A stretch of 61,462 bases of DNA, counting the filler, from Sphacelaria rigidula (taxonomy: Eukaryota), in NCBI GenBank assembly GCA_964200075.2. It is 10 parts of 10 records of this genome, joined end to end, with 100 filler letters (N's around TTAATTAATTAA, not from the genome) between each part and the next. Parts side by side here need not be neighbours in the genome. Positions count along the whole stretch, not along the records: positions 1 to 6,057 come from CAXNAA020022528.1; positions 6,158 to 12,214 come from CAXNAA020022529.1; 8 more parts are not named here. One strand, written 5' to 3'. The notes below the pieces were generated by a model. That model saw only the letters and a program-made list of their open reading frames with translations, did no database searches and had not been told where the DNA came from. Positions 1 through 9,873 of this stretch are shown piece by piece; position 1 is the stretch's first letter; every line of letters starts with the position of its first letter. Position numbers and translations under genes: made by a program.

Positions 1-58
1 AGAATAGGAGTGGGGGCGGTGTTCGCGTTGGCGCCCCTGGTGTGGACGGGGCGGGCGG

Positions 59-61
<3 letters not shown>

Positions 62-109
<48 letters not shown>
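62..109. repeat. poly(G) homopolymer (48 nt)
   Basis: Read directly; length may be inflated by sequencing error near the contig end. Confidence 0.85.
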
Positions 110-894
110 CGATTGCGTCAGGGATGTTGCATAAAGTATTTCGGTTTTGTTTGCTTCAAGTAGAGGGTGACCATGTGCACAGTCGCGGCTGCTTCGAAGC
201 GCTCATGCAGATTGCGCTTTGAAATCTAATTTTTTCACGGACAGTATTTCCACGCCAAGATCTCCTCACAGCACAGGAAAGCTCGGACACTGTTGGCTAC
301 GGTGGCATTCGTCTATGGCGGCTTGCACCCTATGCGAAACATCGCAAAAACCAGTACATGCTTCTCGCTGTTGAAGGTTCACAATTTCGAACCTTGGGCG
401 CCAGGGTGGGTCTTCCGGTGGACCGACATTTTTTCTGAAATAATAGTAAAGCCCAGATACCCCACGCTGGCGGTCGAAGGATGAACCGGCCTGCGGAGAT
501 TTGATTATTCTTATCTCAACTCTAGCCGATGAAAGCTAACTGAGTGTTCATCATCAATGATACACGATTACTTGTACACCACCTCAACAATGATGATGTG
601 TAATATGTAGTGGAAGGAGTTGCTCCTCGAGTGGTCACAGATGAATGCTATCGATACAACAGACTTACCCCCTTGGCGGTCAAAGGGCCGTCATATTTCG
701 AAATGGGGTTCGCCTCTACTGTGCTGCAGCACGGGAGTTGTTAGGAGATAAGGTTTCGTAGCTCACTCAGTGAAAGCTCCGTAGAATGATGCTTTGTGTG
801 TGATTGAGGAACATGTGCAACAATTTCTTGGCATAGCATTTGAAATTGACTGTAATGTCTCCGTTATTTCGTCCTAACTTGGGTGGGGGGGGGG

Positions 895-1309
895 CGTACT
901 TAGATGTTGCTTGCCTTAGTCGTTCGATCATGGATCACGCATCCCTTTCGAGATGGAGCACCGTTCCTACTCCTAATAGAGACACCTCCAACATTCTCGC
1001 GCTCATTACGTTTTTTCCGTAGCTCATTACGTTTCTTCCATGGATTACACAAAAACCTTTGACATATCTTGTCTCCGTCCTGTTTCGCCGTCTCGGGCCA
1101 TCATCCATCTCCTAATATAGCCATCGTCTTTTCCCTACGGTCTAATGCATCAAACGATTTCATGCCACCTTTATTCACGTCCCGCATGTCCCCCTCTAGC
1201 ACGTTCCGTTCCTCCTTGTATAGCTCACATTCTGCCACTATATGACTTCTGCTCTCTATTCCTTCGCCACAGAGAGGCAGTTTTGTCCATCTACTTCCTC
1301 ATCCTTTCG
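895..1309 (-). mobile_element. 5'-truncated LINE (family A) 3' end with target-site duplication
   Basis: Homologous to 18008-18371 and 18551-18960; flanked by CTAACTTGG plus a G-run at 874-894 and 1310-1328. Confidence 0.85.
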
Positions 1310-1772
1310 CTAACTTGGAGGGGGGGGGTGCCAACTCCCTGGTTTACTCTCATCTACGGACCGTTTTACACGGTGCGTTGTTCCGGATTGTCTTGTCCGC
1401 AAGCGGCATCTGCAATATTTGTCCATAGTCCTAGCGCAGCGTGTCTGCTCACTTGGCTTGGCAGCAATCAATGCCAACCTTTTGGGACAACCCTCAGAAA
1501 CGTTGAGGGACATTTCTTCCACAGGTTATGAGCCTCAAGGCCTCAACATTTCGCATGGCGCAAACGAAGCAGGGACTGGGAGGAGCCTCGGAAGCTGAAG
1601 CAACAGCATAGAATCGTCGAGAGATCTCTGGGAACAACATGAGTTGAGTCACACTAAGGGCAGCATCAGCACCATTTGCGTCGGCTATCGAAAGCCGCGA
1701 ACTTCATCGCAGGCCGTAGCGATGCCATGCTGGCACGTGGAGGAAGAGACGCACCTGCCCCATTCTTTATGG

Positions 1773-1874
1773 AGGTGTCTCAAACTCGAGGTTCTCGGTA
1801 TGATTCACTGTAAATTACTGTATGTACTGCAAGGTACTGTCAAATATACCGGGAACCTCGAGTTTGAGACACCT
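1773..1874. mobile_element. ~100-bp MITE with 29-bp terminal inverted repeats
   Basis: AGGTGTCTCAAACTCGAGGTTCTCGGTAT (1773-1801) is the reverse complement of 1846-1874 with one mismatch. Confidence 0.75.
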
Positions 1875-1877
1875 TTA

Positions 1878-2642
1878 GTGTGTGTTTTATCCCATCTATT
1901 GCGGACGCCAGTGTACACCTCTTGATGTACAGTATATGTGGGCGCATGAGGAAGATCAACGTAAGAGTTTTCCCTTTCTTTTTGTTGTTTCAGTGCTCCA
2001 CCTTCCTTCTGCGGTACTTGCTTATTTTTTGTCGCGAGAGGGGTTCAGTGGTCCCTTCCCCTCGTCGACCATGGTGTTGAATTTTGTGTACCCACGATAT
2101 ATGTTGGGGTCTTGCTATTTGCGTCAACGTTGACGTAATCTGTTACATCCATCAACGTTCAGCATCCGTCCCACAAGCCCCGTATGGACACAGCAACACA
2201 TGGAAAACACTCACACAGTCTCTAGCTATCGTTCAAGCCATCGCACGGAGCAAACGGACCCGTAACGGATGAGATATATGCTATGGCAGAGTGAGCACTC
2301 TTGTGGCACGCCACCATGCATCATGCATGAATCGTATCCGTTACGGGTCCGTTTGCTCCGTGCGATGGCTTGAGCGATAGGTAGAGACTGTGTGAGTGTT
2401 TTCCATGTGTTGCTGTGTCCATGCGGGGCTTGTGGGACGGATGCTGAACGTTGACGGATGTAACAGATCACGTCAACGTTGACGTAAATAGCAAGACCCT
2501 ATAATATATTATATGTTGTCCTCCATTGTTGGGGGTGGGTGAGAGAAAATCCCAGATCGTGTGACTCCACCAAGATTCGAACACACGACCCAATCATCAG
2601 CAGGTTTCGAGGTTACCAAATGAGCTATCGGGGCGACGGGCT
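1878..2642 (-). mobile_element. tRNA-derived SINE interrupted by a foldback MITE
   Basis: Minus strand from 2642 shows A-box-like TAGCTCATTTGG and B-box-like GTTCGAATC; head and body match 52601-52955; AC-rich tail near 1880. Confidence 0.75.
2107..2499. mobile_element. foldback MITE with ~165-bp inverted arms
   Basis: 2107-2270 is near-identical to the reverse complement of 2336-2499; termini GGGTCTTGC...GCAAGACCC. Confidence 0.9.
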
Positions 2643-3329
2643 AGTAGGAGCGGAAAAACGGGAGAACAATATCACAAAAGTAGGAGCACAAAACATGAAC
2701 AACAAAATAAACAAAATGCATAGATTATTTCAGTCATACGCAGTTACAGGATATTTTTATCGGTAGTTTCCAGATGAGACGAGGGGAGGACATGACTCAT
2801 CGTATTGAGCTCTATGCATTGGGCACACCGTAAGAAAGGTGGTGCCCGTGGCTTTCCGACAGTGGTTTCGTCCTCAGACGTGTCGTACAGCGTGCAAGAG
2901 ATCAGGGTGATAACAGCCGCATTGTTTTTCGTATGAGGGAGGAACGCTATCCCCACATCCCTGAAAAAACATGCAGAAGATATATCGATAAACAACTTGG
3001 AATATGACCGAGGGACCTCAAGAAACCGTGTCCAAAGTATGAACATGCGCTCGACATATTCCCAGCTGAGGCTTCACGTCACAGCGTACCCCACAGCGAC
3101 ACCCCGCAAAGAGGTAGGAAAAGAGCAGCGCCTTCTGGCACTACGCCTAAGGTAGCAAGAGACAGGTCGCTCGTATACATCAAGGAGATGGAATGACGTG
3201 AAGAGACTGTTGCTGGGCGAGAAGCTGTCGTTGCCAAGGCGAAGGCAGCCATCGCCAAGGACTTTACTCACATTTTCAGATTTTCTGCATGTTGTGCACG
3301 GCACTGCGTTGCTTGCACTGTATCCTCAA

Positions 3330-3585
3330 ACGTGCTAGGCGTACTGTACCGGACTGTACTGTTGTACTGCCCTGGGCTGCTTTCACGGCGTACTCATTTT
3401 TTTGCGTGTACTGTCTGTACTGCACTGCTCGTACTGTATACTAGATTTTACTGTGTGTGCAGTATACTGTGCTGGGCCGTACGGGCTGTACTACGTACTC
3501 TCCTCGTTGAACTGCTCGGCGTACTCTTATTATGCTGACCGTACTGTACTGTACTGCACTATTCTTACTGTTACTGTTACGTATT
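3330..3585. repeat. degenerate (GTACT)n low-complexity tract
   Basis: Many GTACT/GTACTGT units, e.g. 3541-3555. Confidence 0.7.
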
Positions 3586-4664
3586 CTGCTGGTTCCTGCA
3601 GTGGGCTTATTTCCATGGTACAGAACAAGGGTTTGTCGAGAGAAAAAAATTAGGACATGGAGCCCCCCCCCTCCCGGAGGATAGTTTTTCGAAAAAAATC
3701 ATGATTTTTTGACGTTTTTATTTATCATGGATTTTTCTTGTGATTCTTTTGATTTTTTGTTGTTGTTGTTGAAATTGTTGAAAGACATTGATCAACAAAC
3801 ATTGACGAAAACCGAAAAGTCTGGTGGGCTTTGCCAGGTTCGTATATTTGCTTCTGCTCCTTGCCCGCTCTGTCCCGATGACCTCAGGTGCCGTCAACGC
3901 TCACACACAAATGTGTACAAAACACGAGCGCACGGTAGCGACAGCCTGCAGCCAAAGTAGCAACATTATCTCACACCTCGCCAAATTTGCCCGGAGTACT
4001 AGTAATAGCGGTAGGTAGTCGAGGCACACAACACGAAACATGACCCCATAAATATGATCATGGTAGGTGATGAGCTTGGAGGGGCGGTGTGTCCGTCATC
4101 TCAGTTGTCTCCATGCCAAGAATCTCTGTACACGGCAGCTGACAGCATCCGCCAACGCCTCGGCAATAAACTAGGGGACAGCAGGCTGGGTGTCCCCTCC
4201 CCCTCCCGCTCAAAAACTCGAATTTTCGATCTTAGGACCTACGTGTCCCGAAACATATTTTTGACAAACCCTTGTACAGAACGGTATTTTTTCGATGTCA
4301 CACCACTACCATGTCGTTTCTTGAATCTGACGTCAACACGCCGGAGATACGGCAGGTCATGCCTCAACCCCTGAACCAGGGTTGGAGGGACACCATCAGC
4401 GCAAAGCCACGGAGTGATCCTTCTTCTGTGCAATTCTTCTGCTTGTTTCTCCTTGCTGGCCAGTTATCGCATGAACCTCATGTGGTTCATTCGAGGTATC
4501 GTTTGTCGAAGTCGACGCCAACACGCCGGAGATAGAACACGTCTCAACCCCTTCGCCAGGGTTAGAGGGACACCAACAGGAAAAATGCAGTAAATTATAT
4601 CCTCAACTTTTCGTGCGCATTCTTTTTTCTCGCGTTTTTTTGCCGTGATCGGGTAAACCTTGTT

Positions 4665-4960
4665 AACGATGTTTTCGTGAGAGTGAGAGTAGAGGATACG
4701 ATTGAGAATGACAAGCGGTCAATTAGTGAATTAATCATTTCAGTTCCGAAATGCTCCCGAACAACGCTCAATATGCTTTCTGTCGTAGCTTGCCACTGAG
4801 GCCCTCGATATCCCTGACTGGGATATCGACGTGTAGCTGTAAGCACACGCTAGTGATGGAGGCAAAGAGAACCACACACGGAATACAAAATTGGCTGAGT
4901 TAAAGCGAGGGATCAAAGCCACTCTCAATTAGCGCTCTACTCTCAATCTCACGAATACTT
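4665..4960. mobile_element. ~300-bp MITE, family B copy 1
   Basis: TIRs TTCGTGAGA(G/T)TGAGAGTAGAG...CTCTACTCTCAATCTCACGAA; inverted homolog at 5130-5429. Confidence 0.8.
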
Positions 4961-5129
4961 TGTTTCTTGTAGGCTTTGGCTTCGCATGCTCACCTAAACA
5001 CGGGATTTTTCAAATCGGGGATGGATCCTTTATTGGGGACGAAAACCCGACGATTAAAATCCTCGTATCCACACCAAATTCCCAACGTATGCTTCCATTT
5101 CTTCACTTGCTGGTGGCTATTGACAACTA

Positions 5130-5429
5130 AGAATCTTTTCGTGAGATTGAGAGTAGAGCTCGGATTGAGAGTGGCTTTGATCATTCGCTTCAACTTGGCT
5201 GATCTTTCGTTCTCTGTGTGCTCTTCTTTGCCTTCATCATCGCTCTGTGCTTACAGCTTTACGTGGATATCCTTATCAGGGATACCAAGCGCCTTAGTGG
5301 CAAGTTACTATAGAAAGAATATCGGGCCTCGTGGAGGGGCATTTCGGAACTGAAACGATTCATTCACTCAGTGATCGTTTTTCACTCTCAATCGTATCCC
5401 TGTACTCTCAATCTCACGAGAACATCGTT
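5130..5429. mobile_element. ~300-bp MITE, family B copy 2, flanked by TA
   Basis: Same TIRs; interrupts a repeat whose uninterrupted copy is at 24170-24340. Confidence 0.85.
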
Positions 5430-5997
5430 TACTGCACGTCGTACAAATTTGGATTTCGATAGCCGAAATGTCGGGGTCCTACGTTGAAAACCAATTTTGG
5501 CGTCGGTTTATAAATCAGGATTAGGTTAATTTAGGTTTCATGGTCTTGAAATAAGCTGTTCATCGACAAGCTCAAGGCGAGCTTAACATTTCTGACAAGC
5601 TTACAATGTGCTCGAAACAAGCATAAGTTGCGATAAAATTTGTACACGCCTCCTCCGGCCATTGCAGCAGCTGTCTGAAAGTGCCCTATGGCCTATGGCA
5701 TGACTCGTAACCCGTCAGCAGACAGGCTTCGATACTCCAAACTGTCATGGTTGCGGGTCTGATCCGGAAACGTTCAATGATCATAGAAAAGTTCAATTTT
5801 TCAATAAAAAACAATTTTTTGAAGCTCGAATATCCAGGTTGTCGCCCTCTCCTGGTGCTACAAGGCTAGCCTTGTGAGGGGACACTCCCACGACGCCACA
5901 ACAGGGGCGCGAAGTAGGTGCATGAAGTGGGGCTTAAAACAAGGTGGCGGAGCTTTAAAAAAAAAGAAAAGAGCATAATTAAAAAACAATGCGCATA

Positions 5998-6057
5998 ACA
6001 GTGTTTTCGTGAGATTGAGAGAAGATGATACAATTGAGAGTGAAAAGCGGTCAATCA
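5998..6057. mobile_element. MITE family B copy 3, truncated by contig end
   Basis: ACAGTGTTTTCGTGAGATTGAGAG preceded by TA; matches the start of copy 1. Confidence 0.7.
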
Positions 6058-6157
6058 NNNNNNNNNNNNNNNNNNNNNNNNNNNNNNNNNNNNNNNNNNN
6101 NTTAATTAATTAANNNNNNNNNNNNNNNNNNNNNNNNNNNNNNNNNNNNNNNNNNNN
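6058..6157. other. artificial contig spacer N44-TTAATTAATTAA-N44 (first of nine)
   Basis: Identical 100-bp spacers start at 6058, 12215, 18372, 24529, 30686, 36842, 42998, 49153 and 55308; the 12-mer places stops in all six frames. Confidence 0.99.
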
Positions 6158-7263
6158 TGTGGGGGAAGCACTGTTTTAGGCTTGAGCCTCATCTCGAAGT
6201 TAAACCTCAATTCGCACAATTTGTTGTTAGTAGCTGGTGTACAGCACTTTGATCTCACTCCATTTCTGTGCTTACCGGAACACCGCATGCAGCACTACAA
6301 CTGTTCAGGTATTCTCCAGCGCACATCATCACACCATGTTCGTCGTAGAGTGTTCAACTGCACAAAAGCACAGCGACAACTACAGCATAGAAATGATGGG
6401 TGTGGGAAGCGTCTTGTTAATTCGGCTATATATTCTGAAAAAGTTATTGCTGTGTTGTAGTATTACAGCAGCAGCAGCTGGACACTAATAATTTTGCGAC
6501 AGCAGAAACTGATGCATAGCATATTGTATACAGTCCGTGTTCAGGTTCTAAAAAACACTCGCAGAACTGCTGTGTTGTCTTGTGTTCAGTGTAGTACTAT
6601 GTACTCCATGTACCACTGCAGAATTGTGTTGTGTTCAGTGTAGTGCCCTGTACTCCATATGATGGCATCACGTTTTGAGCAGTTTTTGATAAGTTCTGCT
6701 TGCTTTTCTGTCACAGAAATCCAATGCTGAAACTGGAAAGGCCTGAAACAACAACCAATTTGAATATTGGAACATTAATGTGAGACACTACGTGCGCTGT
6801 GGCTTGGGATACACATGCAGGTGTAGGATAAACGAGGATGATAAGTCGAAAGCCTCTTTCCGTCTCCGTGCCTTCATCGTGGAGCTCGAGACATGCACCT
6901 CGAGGATAGCACTGCATCATCCAGAGAAAGCTGCACATATTTGCTGCATGAGTTTTACGTGAACAGCTGTGTCACGATTCATTTCGTGGCCAACTTCCAC
7001 ACTGCATCTCCCTTGAGGCAGCTCTCGGCACATGACTGCAAGGCACATGGCGACCACACCTGTCAAAACCAAGGGTCCACGACACCCTGGAACATAGCAG
7101 TGAGATGTAAGGACCCCACAACCTTACGAGCTCTCTCGCATCGAGAGAGCAAACCATTTCATGCCAGCCACTTTCCGTTCAAGGGGACGGGTCGTGCAAG
7201 CTGGCGTCCAGCATACTCCCCGCGTACTCTGAACAATATCAGTACAAGGAACAGCACCATCCA

Positions 7264-9873
7264 TCATCTGTCGGACGCCCCTCCTAGCTCCAACTTCACG
7301 CTTGAGCCCTCCAACGCCTCTGCCGATTCCACGCCAACAAACCCGCCGAGAGACCCACATACAAATGCCGGCGAACCATAGAGCCGTCCCGCACTCACAC
7401 CACAGCTGCTGCTGCTGGAGCTACTTTCACCACCTGCGTTGCTCCAACCCCTCAAAGGGCCAGCATGCTTGCTATACTGTCCCATTCCAGCGCCACCGTG
7501 TGCAGGAGAAGGAGCTGCCACCTCGACCTTCATTCCTGCCCCTACCCTCAGCACGGAAGACACCTCACGAGTAGCCCCCGAGGGTATCTGGCCCGGAAGC
7601 AACAGTGGTGTTACACCACTACGTATGGTAACAGGGTACACGCCACGTCGAGGATCAACAACGTCGCTTCTGCCAGAACTCAGGCATGGTGCGCGCTTGC
7701 GTTTTGTTCCTCGCACGCCAGCGAAGCTTCCTCCACCACCGTCGGTTGTGCTACGGGTGTAGGTGGCCTCCTCAGTGCTGAGGCCTTCCATGTCGCACAC
7801 TGTCGCTGCGTTATGCGCAATGGGATGCTGTCGGCATGACATTGGCTCATAGAGGTTATCGTTCTTGACAATATCCATTCTCAAGCGTCCCTCGTTGCTA
7901 GACTTGTGGCTCATCACATCAAGCATTCCCGCCCTGGCATGCTGAGAGCAGAACTCCACCTCCTTGCTTCCCGCCACACGACACGACGACCTCTTCAAGC
8001 ACTCCTCGTCGCCGCATTGTTCTTCGACCACGTCCACCATTCCCGCCCTGGTGCGCGGAGAGCAGACCTTGACCTTCTTGCTTCCCGCTAAACCATCCGA
8101 CGGATTCTGGGAGCAGTCGTCATCGCCGCATTTATTTATGACCACATCCACAATTCCCGCCCTTGCACGCTGACAGCAGAACTCCGCCGTGTGGACCCCG
8201 GCTACCCGAGGCGATGGCTGCTTGAGACAGCCCTTGTCGCCGCACCTCTCCTTCATCAGATTCACCATTCCTTCCCTGGCATTCTGAGAGCAGAAGTCCG
8301 CCTCATAGCCCGGAACATCATACGATGGGCATTTCGAGCAGCCCTCGTCGCTACACTCTTTTTTCATCATGTCCACCGTCCCCGCCTTGGCATGCTGATG
8401 GCAGAACTCCGCTTTTTCGCCTCCCACTACACCATACGACGGCTTCTTCGAAAAGATCTCGTGGCCGCATTCTTTGTTCACCACATCCACCATCCCCGCC
8501 TTGGCATGCCTGGAGCGGAGCTTGGCCTTGACGCCGGGTACACCGTACGATGGCCATTTCGAGCAGCTCCCTTGGCTGCGCTTCTTGGTCACCACATTCA
8601 CCATTCCTGCCTTAGCGTGCTTGGAGCAAAACTCCGCCTTTTTGCTTCCCGCTGCACCATACGACGGCTGCTTCGAGCAGCCCTCGTCGCCGCACATCTG
8701 GTGCACTACATCCACCATCCCCGCTTTGGCATGCCTGGAGCAGAGCTTGGCTCTGAAGCCGGGTACACCGTACGATGGCCATTTCGGGCAGCCCTCTTGG
8801 CCGCACTTCTTGGTCACCACATTCACCATTCCTGCCTTCGCATGCTTTGAGCAGAACTCCGCCTTCTTGCTTCCCGCTACACCATACGACCGCCTTTTGA
8901 AGCAGCCCTCGTCGCCGCACGCCCTGCTCATCATATTCACCATCCCCGCTGTGGCATGCTCCAAGCAAAACTCCGTTTTCTTGCTTCCTGCCACACCACA
9001 CGACGCCGCCTTGGAGCAGCCATCATCGCCGCATCTCTTTGTCACCACATCCACCATTACCGCCCTCGCATGCTTCGAGCAGAACTCCGCCTTCTTGCTT
9101 CCCGCTACACCATACGACGGCCTCTTGAAGCAGCCCTCGTCGCCGCACGTCCTCCTCACCACATTCACCATTTCCGCGGTGGCATGCTTGGAGCAGAACT
9201 CGGCCTTCTTGCTTCCGGCTACACCATACGACGGCTTCTTGAAGCAGCCCTCGTCGCCGCACGTCCTCTTCACCACATCCACCATTCCCACCTTGGCATG
9301 CTGGGAGCAGAACTCCGCCTTCTTGCTTCCCGCTACACCATACGACGGCCCTTTCAAGCAGCCCTCGTCGCCGCACGTCCTCCTCACCACATCGACCATT
9401 CCCGGCCTGGCATGCCTTGAGCAGAACTCCGCCTTCTTACTTCCCGCTACACCATACGACGACCTTCTGGAGCAGCCCTCGTCGCCGCACGTCCTGTTCA
9501 CCACATCCACCATTCCCGGCCTGGAATGCTTTGAGCAGAACTCCACCTTCTTGCTCCCCGCTACACCATACAACGGCGCCTTTGAGCAGCCCTCGTCGCC
9601 GCATTTCCTCCTCACCACATTCACCATTCCCGCCCTGACATGCTTCAAGCAGAATTCCGCCTTCTTGCTCCCCGCTACACCGTACGACGGCTTCTTGGAG
9701 CAGCCCTCGTCGCCGCACGTCCTGTTCACCACATTCATCATTCCCGCCCTGGCATGCTTCGAGCAAAACTCCGCCGTGTAGCCCGGTACACCATACGATG
9801 GCCACTTCGAGCAGCCCTCGTTTATGCACTCTCTTTTTGATACGGTGGTCATCAGCTCGGTCGCGTGGTGTTT
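7264..9873 (-). CDS. EsV-1-7 cysteine-rich repeat protein (probable large terminal exon; first in-frame ATG at 9852)
   Basis: 884-codon stop-free frame with 17 repeats of consensus CGDEGCxKxPSYGVAGSKKAEFCSKHAxAGMVDVVxxx, matching the EsV-1-7 motif. A pyrimidine-rich CAG acceptor ends at 9874 with GCTGAC upstream; the C-terminal ~200 aa are low complexity and contain KRKR. Confidence 0.92.
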   Translation of the reverse strand, partial: KHHATELMTTVSKRECINEGCSKWPSYGVPGYTAEFCSKHARAGMMNVVNRTCGDEGCSKKPSYGVAGSKKAEFCLKHVRAGMVNVVRRKCGDEGCSKAPLYGVAGSKKVEFCSKHSRPGMVDVVNRTCGDEGCSRRSSYGVAGSKKAEFCSRHARPGMVDVVRRTCGDEGCLKGPSYGVAGSKKAEFCSQHAKVGMVDVVKRTCGDEGCFKKPSYGVAGSKKAEFCSKHATAEMVNVVRRTCGDEGCFKRPSYGVAGSKKAEFCSKHARAVMVDVVTKRCGDDGCSKAASCGVAGSKKTEFCLEHATAGMVNMMSRACGDEGCFKRRSYGVAGSKKAEFCSKHAKAGMVNVVTKKCGQEGCPKWPSYGVPGFRAKLCSRHAKAGMVDVVHQMCGDEGCSKQPSYGAAGSKKAEFCSKHAKAGMVNVVTKKRSQGSCSKWPSYGVPGVKAKLRSRHAKAGMVDVVNKECGHEIFSKKPSYGVVGGEKAEFCHQHAKAGTVDMMKKECSDEGCSKCPSYDVPGYEADFCSQNAREGMVNLMKERCGDKGCLKQPSPRVAGVHTAEFCCQRARAGIVDVVINKCGDDDCSQNPSDGLAGSKKVKVCSPRTRAGMVDVVEEQCGDEECLKRSSCRVAGSKEVEFCSQHARAGMLDVMSHKSSNEGRLRMDIVKNDNLYEPMSCRQHPIAHNAATVCDMEGLSTEEATYTRSTTDGGGGSFAGVRGTKRKRAPCLSSGRSDVVDPRRGVYPVTIRSGVTPLLLPGQIPSGATREVSSVLRVGAGMKVEVAAPSPAHGGAGMGQYSKHAGPLRGWSNAGGESSSSSSSCGVSAGRLYGSPAFVCGSLGGFVGVESAEALEGSSVKLELGGASDR
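7903..9828 (-). repeat. coding tandem array of 17 units of 111/114 bp
   Basis: Recurrent GAGCAGAACTCCGCCTTCTTGCTTCCCGCTACACCATACGAC and CAGCCCTCGTCGCCGCAC at 111-114 bp period. Confidence 0.95.

Noticed and set aside
6102..6113. TTAATTAATTAA recurring every ~6156 bp as a biological periodic motif
   Set aside because: Always centred in N44 blocks; a synthetic six-frame-stop linker.
8474..9781. 435-aa plus-strand ORF and other ORFs overlapping the repeat array
   Set aside because: Antisense or alternate-frame shadows of the repetitive, GC-rich EsV-1-7 coding sequence.
7903..9828. Regular repeats as a CRISPR array
   Set aside because: Period is a multiple of three, there are no unique spacers, the repeats encode protein and no cas genes are present.
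7264..9873. EsV-1-7 gene as proof of an integrated phaeovirus
   Set aside because: Flanks are gene-poor and TE-containing with a splice acceptor; no viral core genes recognised.
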